Positions 1 through 6,534 of a stretch of 61,008 nucleotides of DNA are shown here, piece after piece. Position 1 is the first letter of the stretch; each line of letters opens with the position of its first letter. This DNA is from Opitutia bacterium. GTDB lineage: Bacteria > Verrucomicrobiota > Verrucomicrobiia > Opitutales > UBA953. Position numbers and translations under genes: made by a program. The DNA lies in the NCBI GenBank assembly GCA_947373115.1, contig CANBWJ010000128.1, positions 1-61,008 of the forward strand, read 5' to 3'. The notes below the pieces were generated by a model. It saw only the letters and a program-made list of their open reading frames with translations, was not told the DNA's origin and did no database searches.

Positions 1-485
1 CCGGTCGCCGTGTTCTCGAACTTGGTCTTCTGGTTCTGGTCGCCGGTGAGCTGGACCCGGTCACCCCACCGCTCCTGATACCACTCGGACGTGATCAGGC
101 GGCGCATGCGCAGGCCGTCGCGGATGGCGAGGTCGAGGCTGTGCGAGGCGCAGACGTAGCGCATGTGGGGCATGTTGCGCGGGCCCCACTCCCACGCCTG
201 CCAGAACATCATGAGCAGGCTCTTCATTGTGCCCGGCGGGACATTGATTAACAGGCGCCCGTATGTACTGCCGTCCTCAAGCACGACGCCATCGGTTATC
301 GCCTCAAGATGCGCCGCGAGGTAATCCACATGCCAGCCGTGCAAATACGGCTGCGCTGGCTCAACGATGGCCCACGCTTGCTTGATGAACTCAACCAAGC
401 TCTCCTCGGCCTCGGCCACCGAGATCTCGTAAAGCTGGCGCTCGACGTCGATCCTCTGGCCATCCAACTCGATGAAGCGTGTCAT
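1..485 (-). CDS. terL: Terminase large subunit, N-terminal ATPase fragment (gene continues past left edge of window)
   Basis: Own translation from ATG at 485: MTRFIELDGQRIDVERQLYEI...HGWHVDYLAAHLEAITDG...RLLINVPPGTMKSLL (Walker A-like)...RRLITSEWYQERWGDRVQLTGDQNQKTKFENTATG. Open to position 1. ATGA overlap with upstream stop. Missing from the ORF track only because no stop lies in the window. Confidence 0.75.
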   Translation of the reverse strand, partial: MTRFIELDGQRIDVERQLYEISVAEAEESLVEFIKQAWAIVEPAQPYLHGWHVDYLAAHLEAITDGVVLEDGSTYGRLLINVPPGTMKSLLMMFWQAWEWGPRNMPHMRYVCASHSLDLAIRDGLRMRRLITSEWYQERWGDRVQLTGDQNQKTKFENTAT

Positions 486-700
486 CAGCAACTCAGCCCC
501 ACGCGATCAACGAGGTAGGCGTTGCCATCAGGGTCAATCACTTCGAAAAGCATCATGACCTCCTCGTGATCCTCCTGCCGAGAGTAGACCAGCTCGCCAT
601 CCGGCGCCTCATAGCAGTAACCATCGACGGCGCTGTCCAGCTCGGTGCGGCGCAGCCAGCCGTAGGTCCAGTGGGGTCCAGTGGATTGGTACGACCTCAT
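485..700 (-). CDS. Hypothetical protein (71 aa) in terS-terL operon
   Basis: Inner ATG (700) of track ORF 485..766. ATGA start/stop overlaps at both ends (697-700, 485-487) couple it to its neighbours. MRSYQSTGPHWTYGWLRR... Confidence 0.55.
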   Translation of the reverse strand: MRSYQSTGPHWTYGWLRRTELDSAVDGYCYEAPDGELVYSRQEDHEEVMMLFEVIDPDGNAYLVDRVGLSC

Positions 701-888
701 TTTGTGATCCTCCCAAAAGTGACGTTTTCCTGCGCCCGAACTTCCTGATTGCGCCACGACCAGCACGAGCCATCCTGTTGGAACACAACCCAGATGAGGT
801 CATGCTCGACGCCGTAGTCGATCAGAACGTGAGCAACGCCCAGCCCCTTGGGCGTTGTGACGGGCAGCGGCGGGTTGAGCTGAAGCAT
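697..888 (-). CDS. Hypothetical protein (63 aa)
   Basis: Track ORF 697..888. ATGA overlap with the terS stop (886-890) and with the downstream start. Confidence 0.55.
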   Translation of the reverse strand: MLQLNPPLPVTTPKGLGVAHVLIDYGVEHDLIWVVFQQDGSCWSWRNQEVRAQENVTFGRITK

Positions 889-1409
889 CAGCGTTGCCCC
901 TCGTTCGGGTCATGCTCGATGGTTCTGGCGGCCAGCAAGGCTTGCTTGAAGGCGTCACGGGCCTCGGGCGTCAGCAACCGAACGTCCACAGTCGTGTGCT
1001 GGACGTTGATCAAGGCACCGCCGGTGATCTCGGTGTTGACGCGCGGCCCGAGGGTGCGCGGTGCCATCTTCTCGGCCCGCCATTGCGCGGTCGAGATCTT
1101 GAGCCGCTGCGAATGCACGTTCGCCTCAGTCGTCTCGTCGGCCATCGCCTCGATCTTGTCGAGCAGGAAGTCGGCGAGAGCTTCACGCGCGCGGGCGCAC
1201 CGTGCATCGAAATCGGGGCGGGCCGCCCTCCACCGATACAACGCCGCCCTCGACGGCATCTCCGCATCCCCGCAGATCTGGCTGAAGTTCTCCCCGTTGA
1301 TCATGCGCTCGCAGATGATGTCGGCGATCTCGTCGGTGTACGACGACGGGCGCCCGACCGGGCGCGAGGTCGGGGCTGGCAACTTGCTGGTGACAGGCTT
1401 CTTGACCAT
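888..1409 (-). CDS. terS: Terminase small subunit (putative)
   Basis: Inner ATG of track ORF 888..1502, preceded by AATGGATTTTCGATG (resembles the phage RBS motif). GRPSSYTDEIADIICERMINGENFSQICGDAEMPSRAALYRWRAARPDFDARCARAREALADF resembles the HTH N-terminus of small terminases. Lies directly upstream of terL. Confidence 0.55.
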   Translation of the reverse strand: MVKKPVTSKLPAPTSRPVGRPSSYTDEIADIICERMINGENFSQICGDAEMPSRAALYRWRAARPDFDARCARAREALADFLLDKIEAMADETTEANVHSQRLKISTAQWRAEKMAPRTLGPRVNTEITGGALINVQHTTVDVRLLTPEARDAFKQALLAARTIEHDPNEGQR

Positions 1410-1513
1410 CGAAAATCCATTGGCGATTGGGCTTTCAGGAGTGTCTCGCAATTCGCAGGCCCGGTCAACGACTGGATTTGCGGGCGCTGAAGCCTCCACC
1501 AAAATTATTTTTG

Positions 1514-1531
1514 AAAAAAGTTATCCACAGG
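1514..1531 (+). promoter_or_regulatory. 18-nt element AAAAAAGTTATCCACAGG containing a perfect DnaA box TTATCCACA (copy 1)
   Basis: Exact 18-nt identity with 2647..2664. TTATCCACA at 1521..1529. Lies 13 nt upstream of the -35 of the putative early promoter. Confidence 0.6.
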
Positions 1532-1543
1532 GGCTTGGAGAGC

Positions 1544-1572
1544 TTTACATGCGAAGTTTCTTCGCTTACAAG
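1544..1572 (+). promoter_or_regulatory. Putative early promoter P1 (TTTACA-N17-TACAAG) with palindrome GCGAAGTTTCTTCGC in the spacer
   Basis: -35 at 1544..1549 and -10 at 1567..1572. Perfect 6-3-6 palindrome at 1551..1565. Same architecture as 2698..2726. Intergenic, divergent from terS. Confidence 0.45.
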
Positions 1573-1608
1573 AAGGACATGGTTGCTTCTAACCAGATGG
1601 AGATTGAC

Positions 1609-2043
1609 ATGACCGACCTGACCTTCGCCCACGACCTCGGCATCACCAGCGCCAACCTCGCCTTTGATTGCTTCCGCGATTACGCCGACCTTGAAACCTC
1701 CATCGACAGCCACCGCCTCAACATTCAGGACACCCTGATCGACGAGGGCATGCTGACAGAAGACAACTGCCGCGATGCCTTCCGGGCCTTCGACGACCGC
1801 GTGAAGGAGCTGAAGGCTGCGCAGGCGGCCAAGCTCCCCGCCGTGAACGACCCCGTCTCCTACGCCTTCAACGGCGACTATTATCCCTGCGGCGTCGTCA
1901 CCAAGATCAGCAAGAACTTCAAGATGATCACCACCTCCGAGGGCCAGACCTTCCACCGTCAGGGCGCCGCCAACCAGTGGAAGATGCACAAGACGTGGTC
2001 CTTGGTGAAGGGCCACATCGAGCGCCAGAACCCCCACTTCTGA
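1609..2043 (+). CDS. Hypothetical early protein (144 aa)
   Basis: 3' part of track ORF 778..2043. Start chosen at the ATG after the conserved ATGGAGATTGACATG initiation motif. The upstream part of the track ORF is the antisense shadow of terS. Confidence 0.6.
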   Translation: MTDLTFAHDLGITSANLAFDCFRDYADLETSIDSHRLNIQDTLIDEGMLTEDNCRDAFRAFDDRVKELKAAQAAKLPAVNDPVSYAFNGDYYPCGVVTKISKNFKMITTSEGQTFHRQGAANQWKMHKTWSLVKGHIERQNPHF

Positions 2044-2052
2044 TCAACGCGG

Positions 2053-2077
2053 GTCGGCAATTGAATTGCCGACTTTT
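2053..2077 (+). terminator. Rho-independent terminator-like hairpin (GTCGGCAA-ttgaa-TTGCCGAC-TTTT)
   Basis: 8-bp stem, 5-nt loop and a T4 run directly after the stop at 2043. An alternative pairing is GGGTCGGCA (2051-2059) with TGCCGACCC (2077-2085). Confidence 0.5.
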
Positions 2078-2103
2078 GCCGACCCAACTCAATGGAGATT
2101 GAT

Positions 2104-2367
2104 ATGCTCAAGCAAATGAAGACCAAAGACACCGGCCTGCTCGGCATCATGCGCACCGCCGCCTTCTCGAACGGCTTCAAGGAGGCGCAGGCGGGCAAGC
2201 CGATCCGTTACGACGCCTTCGAACATGACGCCAATGGCCAGTGGAACTATGAGCGCGGGCGCCTGCTCGGCCTGATCTTCAGCGGCCCCCTGAAGGTGGG
2301 CAGGTCAATTAACCGTGGCGCAGCCGTTCAGCTCGCGGTGGCGTTCCACCAAAAAGTAATCCTCTGA
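2104..2367 (+). CDS. Hypothetical early protein (87 aa)
   Basis: Track ORF 2092..2367. Start at the second ATG of ATGGAGATTGATATG. Confidence 0.6.
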   Translation: MLKQMKTKDTGLLGIMRTAAFSNGFKEAQAGKPIRYDAFEHDANGQWNYERGRLLGLIFSGPLKVGRSINRGAAVQLAVAFHQKVIL

Positions 2368-2378
2368 AGGAGGCCCCA

Positions 2379-2648
2379 ATGATCAACGCCAGAATTATCG
2401 ACGAAACAGGGAACCGCCACGGCAGGCTAAGGGTGCTGCGGCTATCAAGCGAACGCAAGCGCGGGAAGCCAACGTGGCTGTGCCTATGCGACTGCGGGGA
2501 GTCCACCGGCGCCACGGGGGCTGACCTGCGCTCGGGCGAAGTGAAGTCGTGCGGGTGCCTCAAGAAGGACATGCCGGGGCGCGTGTTTAGGCGCCGCTTC
2601 TTCGGCAGGCAGAACCCTCTCGACATGGTCGATGACGACATCATCTAA
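2379..2648 (+). CDS. Cys-rich (zinc-ribbon-like) small protein
   Basis: Track ORF 2379..2648 with GGAGG RBS (gaaggaggccccaATG). GRLRVL...WLCLCDCGESTGATGADLRSGEVKSCGC Cys cluster. Confidence 0.6.
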   Translation: MINARIIDETGNRHGRLRVLRLSSERKRGKPTWLCLCDCGESTGATGADLRSGEVKSCGCLKKDMPGRVFRRRFFGRQNPLDMVDDDII

Positions 2649-2664
2649 AAAAGTTATCCACAGG
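2647..2664 (+). promoter_or_regulatory. 18-nt element AAAAAAGTTATCCACAGG with perfect DnaA box (copy 2)
   Basis: Identical to 1514..1531. TTATCCACA at 2654..2662. Confidence 0.6.
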
Positions 2665-2726
2665 ACGAATTATTTTCGTTTTGTGGGTCGAAGTGACTAG
2701 ACAGACGAAATATCTTCGTTTACAAC
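2665..2726 (+). promoter_or_regulatory. Putative early promoter P2 (TAGACA-N17-TACAAC) with two ACGAA-N5-TTCGT palindromes
   Basis: -35 at 2698..2703 and -10 at 2721..2726. Palindromes ACGAAttattTTCGT (2665..2679) and ACGAAatatcTTCGT (2705..2719, inside the spacer). Confidence 0.45.
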
Positions 2727-2776
2727 TTAAATCACGGTCTGGATGTAGACCGGCACTTAACCAGATGGAGATTGAT

Positions 2777-3091
2777 ATGACCGCTCTCAACAACACCGTC
2801 GCCGCCGCCGAAGTCTACTTCGCCGCCAAGGAGCAGCTTGATCAGGCCGAGGCCGTCGTGAAGGCCGCCAAGCAGGACGTCGTAGACATCTTGGGCGGCT
2901 ACGGCTTCCTCGAAGGCGACACCGCCGACCTCGAAGTCGCCTTGCAGTCCCGCAAGACCATCAACGAAAAGATGTTGCTGGCCTTGGGCCTGACGCAGGC
3001 CCAGATCGACTCCTGCAAGGTCGAGGGCGAGGCCTACAAGGTTTTCCGCATCAAGGCCAAGAAGCCCAGCAAGGTCCAGAAGGCGGCCTAA
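2777..3091 (+). CDS. Hypothetical early protein (104 aa, coiled-coil-like)
   Basis: Track ORF 2681..3091. Start at the ATG after ATGGAGATTGATATG. Confidence 0.6.
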   Translation: MTALNNTVAAAEVYFAAKEQLDQAEAVVKAAKQDVVDILGGYGFLEGDTADLEVALQSRKTINEKMLLALGLTQAQIDSCKVEGEAYKVFRIKAKKPSKVQKAA

Positions 3092-3141
3092 TCACCAACC
3101 GGGGGCTTCGGCCCCCACCCACCCCTGAATGGAGATCCCCC

Positions 3142-3366
3142 ATGTATTACCTGATCAACAACAGCTCCGACCTTTCCCTCGCCCAGCAGATCGCCCTCTG
3201 CGACACCACCCTCTACCTCAAGACTGCAAAAAACTGGGCCGACAGCCGCAAGGCCAAAACCGGCGACAACTGGTCGGTGATCAAAATTGATGATGTCTAC
3301 ACCACCCAGACCCTCGACGAGGCCCACATGGCCGCCCTCGACGTCCCCCACATGGGGCGCGACTGA
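3142..3366 (+). CDS. Hypothetical early protein (74 aa)
   Basis: Track ORF 3142..3366 preceded by ATGGAGAtcccccATG. Confidence 0.6.
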   Translation: MYYLINNSSDLSLAQQIALCDTTLYLKTAKNWADSRKAKTGDNWSVIKIDDVYTTQTLDEAHMAALDVPHMGRD

Positions 3367-3452
3367 TGCTCTACGTCCACCCAGTCCACCGGCCAATTTG
3401 GGGGAGGCAAACTCCCCCAAACACTCACCAACCACTGAAATGGAGAATTACC

Positions 3453-3650
3453 GTGCAGAAGCTCATCGACGCCTACAAGGCCAGCCCCTCCGACATGAAC
3501 GCCCTCAAGCTGGCCCACCACGCCAAGAAGCACCCCATGAGTGTGTGCATGCTCACCGTGGCCGACGCCGCCCTGCTGGGCAAGGCCCGCGAGCAGCTCG
3601 CGCCCCACGTCGAGAAGTTGAACGCCATCGTGATCGGGGAGGTGATCTGA
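3453..3650 (+). CDS. Hypothetical early protein (65 aa, GTG start)
   Basis: In frame with track ORF 3366..3650. GTG at 3453 follows ATGGAGAattacc. VQKLIDAYKASPSDMNALKLAHH... Confidence 0.5.
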   Translation: MQKLIDAYKASPSDMNALKLAHHAKKHPMSVCMLTVADAALLGKAREQLAPHVEKLNAIVIGEVI

Positions 3651-3838
3651 TGGACAAGATTGAATACATCAACCTCAAATTCATCGCCGACAGCGTCAGC
3701 GAACGGTGTCTGCTCGCCTACTGCGCCTATGACGAAATTCAACGCCAGATCTATGACGACAATCTTGTCCAATCTTTAAAAATAATGGTTGAGCAGGTCG
3801 ATAGGATGGCCAAGGCTAAAGAGGAGGCGGGGGAATGA
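3650..3838 (+). CDS. Hypothetical early protein (62 aa)
   Basis: ATGA overlap with the preceding stop. Frame of track ORF 3287..3838. MDKIEYINLKFIADSVSERCLLAYCAYDE... Confidence 0.55.
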   Translation: MDKIEYINLKFIADSVSERCLLAYCAYDEIQRQIYDDNLVQSLKIMVEQVDRMAKAKEEAGE

Positions 3839-4035
3839 CCATCCACACCTCCCGCCTCAAGCCGGACGGCTGCTACGAGGTCTTCTACTTCGACCAATTG
3901 GTCGGGTGGGTCCGCCAAGGCTCCATGAGGGCCAAGGGCAGGCCCATCTGGCGGGCTCTGTCAGTACACGGCGACCTGCGCCACGCCCGCTCCTTGGCCT
4001 CCGCAAGGGCCGCGCTGTTGGAGATGAGCCATTGA
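3835..4035 (+). CDS. Hypothetical early protein (66 aa)
   Basis: Track ORF 3835..4035 with ATGA overlap with the upstream stop. Confidence 0.55.
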   Translation: MTIHTSRLKPDGCYEVFYFDQLVGWVRQGSMRAKGRPIWRALSVHGDLRHARSLASARAALLEMSH

Positions 4036-4253
4036 CCCCGGACAAGCTGAAAGAGATCATGCACAAGCTGGACTTCAGCACGGCTGACGTGGCCCTGATC
4101 ATGGGCGTCACCCGCCGCAGCGTCCAGCTCTGGCTGGCAGGCGCCAGCCCCCCGCCCGCCTCAGTCGTCATGTTGCTGGAGGGCATCTTTGAGGGCCTGC
4201 TCCCGATGGAATGGGTCGAGGACAAGATCATCGCATCAATGCAGATCGCCTGA
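4032..4253 (+). CDS. HTH DNA-binding protein (XRE/Cro-like)
   Basis: Frame of track ORF 3789..4253. TTG at 4032 overlaps the upstream stop (TTGA); alternative ATG at 4059. FSTADVALIMGVTRRSVQLWLAG is a typical helix-turn-helix. Confidence 0.5.
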   Translation: MTPDKLKEIMHKLDFSTADVALIMGVTRRSVQLWLAGASPPPASVVMLLEGIFEGLLPMEWVEDKIIASMQIA

Positions 4254-4281
4254 CGCCCGAGGGGGTGCTGTCAGGCATAGG

Positions 4282-4320
4282 GGGCCGGGGGGCTGGTTTT
4301 GCGTCCCCCCGGCCCTTTCT
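4282..4320. terminator. Bidirectional rho-independent terminator between convergent genes
   Basis: GGGCCGGGGGG (4282-4292) pairs with CCCCCCGGCCC (4305-4315), followed by CTTTCTCGTTT. Sits between the + gene ending at 4253 and the - gene ending at 4325. Confidence 0.7.
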
Positions 4321-4324
4321 CGTT

Positions 4325-4969
4325 TCAATACGGGATGGGGTCGTCAATCGGCGCCTTGCTGTCGGGGATGGCGTCCAGAGGGTCGCGTGGAGGGCCAGAC
4401 ACCCTCTCCACCTGACATCCGGGGAAAGACGCCTTGACGTTGGCCAGCGCGGGGTAGGCCGCCAGCATGCGCGCCACCTCGGCCATCGTGTAGACTTCGA
4501 CGTGCCTGCCCTCGGCCACGACCTTGCGCATGTCCAGATCGTTCCTGACGACCGCCACGACGGTCCCGTCGGGCGTCACGGCCTCCCAGACCTCCGCCGC
4601 CAACAAGTGAGCCCCAGCGGCCTCCGCAGCCCGATCCAGCGCCCTCCACGCCGTCATCATCCGCTCGGCCTCGATCTTCACGTCCTGAAGGTTGCCGTGC
4701 CAGATCGCGTTGTTGACCTTGTACCGCTGCCTGTCAAACTTTTCACGCAGCTCACGATCTACAAGGAGCCTGAGCCGGTCGCGGCCCCACTTCTCCTCCA
4801 TCTTCACCGCGATCATGTCGAGGTCGTCCAGATGCTCCCGACCGGCGATGTAGGTGCCGGGGGTGGCATGCCAGTCCGGGAAGTCCCTGTCGGTCGTGGG
4901 GACGCCGAAGTGGGTCCGGGTGCCCTTGGGCCACGGCTTGAAGTCATGCTTCTTTGGGGGCTTAGGCAT
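4325..4969 (-). CDS. Hypothetical protein (214 aa)
   Basis: Inner ATG (MPKPPKKHDF...) of track ORF 4325..5029. 8-nt overlap with the upstream gene end (4962). Confidence 0.6.
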   Translation of the reverse strand: MPKPPKKHDFKPWPKGTRTHFGVPTTDRDFPDWHATPGTYIAGREHLDDLDMIAVKMEEKWGRDRLRLLVDRELREKFDRQRYKVNNAIWHGNLQDVKIEAERMMTAWRALDRAAEAAGAHLLAAEVWEAVTPDGTVVAVVRNDLDMRKVVAEGRHVEVYTMAEVARMLAAYPALANVKASFPGCQVERVSGPPRDPLDAIPDSKAPIDDPIPY

Positions 4970-5582
4970 TTGAAACCTTCCCAATGACCTTGAGACCCTT
5001 GATCTTGGTAGACCTGTCACGGATCTCATGTGACAAAACGCCAGAGTAAATCAGATGGCCAATCGTTGCCTCAGCGTCCAGCTCATTGACGCCGAACCTG
5101 CAAGCAATCAACGCCGGAGCATAACGCCCCTGCTTGCGCGTCTGCGGGAAGATTGACGTTGGGGCCTGCGTGTACCACTGGTCATTGATGAACTTAAGCA
5201 TGTCTACAACTATCTGGCCGGTCAAAATCTTGCCCGCCGCCTTCCGCTCCTTCTCCTTGCCAATGTCATTCCACGGCTTGAACTCGGGGGGCTTGCCAGT
5301 TGACCCATTGATCGCGGACAGAACCCACTCAGCCATGCCGGGGTAATGCTCCTGCATCACGACCATGTCGTGGAGGTAGCACAAGCTTTTCTTTTCCAAG
5401 TCATAGCCAAGGTAGAACACTTTCTTGGGCGCCGACGTGACGTCACGGTAAAGTTTGTAATTCTGAAACTTCCCGCAAGGGGAAATAGCCGAGCTGTGCA
5501 ATATCCAATCACCGCTCTTTGCCACCTGTTGCTGCCCCTCTGTCCACCGCATCTTCTTCCCGCCGATTTCTATGTGGTCCAT
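4962..5582 (-). CDS. Hypothetical protein whose C-terminal ~80 aa are paralogous to the C-terminus of the primase/helicase (putative DNA-binding domain)
   Basis: Inner ATG (MDHIEIGG...) preceded by AGGAGAacgcgATG. C-terminus ...QTRKQGRYAPALIACRFGV...LSHEIRDRSTKIKGLKVIG matches ...QTRKQGRYASAVLSQQFDL...LSYEVADKSTKMQGLKVIG in 10097..12226. Adjacent to the iteron region. Confidence 0.55.
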   Translation of the reverse strand: MDHIEIGGKKMRWTEGQQQVAKSGDWILHSSAISPCGKFQNYKLYRDVTSAPKKVFYLGYDLEKKSLCYLHDMVVMQEHYPGMAEWVLSAINGSTGKPPEFKPWNDIGKEKERKAAGKILTGQIVVDMLKFINDQWYTQAPTSIFPQTRKQGRYAPALIACRFGVNELDAEATIGHLIYSGVLSHEIRDRSTKIKGLKVIGKVSNA

Positions 5583-5784
5583 CGCGTTCTCCTGTAATTT
5601 AAGAAGGCGTAACTCATAACATACCGGTGACCATCCGGTCAATTACGCATGTTGCATGTCCACCGAAACGCGGGGGAGGCCTGTAGCGGTAGCGAAAGGC
5701 CGATCCCGCGCAATGTCACCACCCAACCTCCAGTCCTTGGCGCGGCTCTGTGACGCCGCGCTAGACCGTGGTTGAACGGTATAA

Positions 5785-5799
5785 ATAACGTAACGTTAT
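5785..5799. promoter_or_regulatory. 15-bp palindrome ATAACGTAACGTTAT within a possible promoter (TTGAAC 5772-5777 ... TATACT 5797-5802)
   Basis: Perfect 7-1-7 inverted repeat in an AT-rich intergenic stretch. The promoter hexamers are spaced 19 nt apart, which is suboptimal. Confidence 0.25.
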
Positions 5800-5859
5800 A
5801 CTAACCTACAATAGTAGTTTATGGGGGTGGAGTTCCGGAAAAAATTTCGCCTGAAGATT

Positions 5860-6063
5860 TGCGGAGGTGGTGCGGAGGTGGTGCGGAGGATGTCTAATTT
5901 CTTCCGGTTTTCTGGGGTTTTTAACCTCCGCACGTCCTCCGCAGTAAGTTCCTCAATGTGTTGTTTTTAGTTTATTTTAGTTTTTTCTAAAAACATCAAA
6001 CTCCGCTTGGTTTTCTGGGGGTTTTTGCTTGTGCTTGGTAATGACCTCCGCACGTCCTCCGGT
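5860..6063. repeat. Iteron cluster plus AT-rich tract: putative origin of replication
   Basis: Octamer TGCGGAGG three times direct at 5860, 5871 and 5882 (11-bp phasing). Inverted CCTCCGCA pairs at 5925/5936 and 6045/6056, also 11-bp phased. GGTTTTCTGGGG(G)TTTTT repeated at ~5906 and ~6009. AT-rich tract at 5958-6000. Lies in a 517-bp non-coding gap. Confidence 0.55.
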
Positions 6064-6099
6064 CGTTCTCAAGCACAACCAGCACCCTTTTGGCGCCCG

Positions 6100-6534
6100 T
6101 CACAGGAACCCTTCCGGGTAGATCATGCGGTTGTCGGCGCCCTTCCCGATGATCTGAGCGAAGTCAGCGGTCTGGCTATGAGAGAGCCGGAAGCATTGCG
6201 GTTCGGGATGGCTAAACATCCGCATGGCCTTCTCGTCTGCCCGGCTTTCGATGGCCGCCGTCTGAAGCCCCGACATGGACATGGAGTTCACCTCCTTGCC
6301 GAAGCGCCTGTAGAAGTCCTCGCTCAGGAAGGCGAAGGGGTCTCCAGCCTTCTCCATGATCTTGGTCTCCACCCATGCCCCGGTGAAGAGTGACTGGCCC
6401 CTGACGAGCATGTAGGGCTCGAACGGGATGACCTTCACGGGCATCAGGTTCTGGGCGCTGACGATGGCGGGCGCCGCAAACAGGGACGCCATGCCGGTGA
6501 GGAAGCCCCGGCGGCTGGTAGGCTTGATGATCAT
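6100..6534 (-). CDS. Small protein with twin-arginine (Tat)-like signal peptide
   Basis: Inner ATG of track ORF 6100..6672. MIIKPTSRRGFLTGMASLFAAPAIVSAQNLMPVKVI... (SRRxFL motif, hydrophobic core, VSA-Q). N-terminus paralogous to 17628..17927. Confidence 0.6.
   Translation of the reverse strand: MIIKPTSRRGFLTGMASLFAAPAIVSAQNLMPVKVIPFEPYMLVRGQSLFTGAWVETKIMEKAGDPFAFLSEDFYRRFGKEVNSMSMSGLQTAAIESRADEKAMRMFSHPEPQCFRLSHSQTADFAQIIGKGADNRMIYPEGFL

Noticed and set aside
778-1608. The 5' two-thirds of the 421-aa plus-strand ORF 778..2043.
   Set aside because: It overlaps terS and two coupled minus-strand genes. The conserved initiation cassette and promoter place the real start at 1609.
3835-4253. The small protein plus downstream HTH protein as a type II toxin-antitoxin pair.
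   Set aside because: Only the gene order and sizes fit. The 66-aa protein shows no toxin-family motif that I recognise. The pair is part of a longer coupled string of early genes.
5744-5766. GC-rich hairpin GCGCGGC-tctgtgac-GCCGCGC and surrounding 5643-5760 as a possible tRNA or small RNA.
   Set aside because: I could not fold a cloverleaf (no acceptor/T-arm pairing), and no T-run follows for a terminator. Left unannotated.
5860-5893. Tandem 11-bp repeats as a possible CRISPR array.
   Set aside because: The units are only 11 bp and directly abutting with no spacers, and there are no cas genes. They are better explained as iterons.
6007-6393. Plus-strand ORF 6007..6393 starting in the origin-like region.
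   Set aside because: It mostly overlaps the minus-strand Tat-signal gene, has no RBS, and has shadow-ORF composition.
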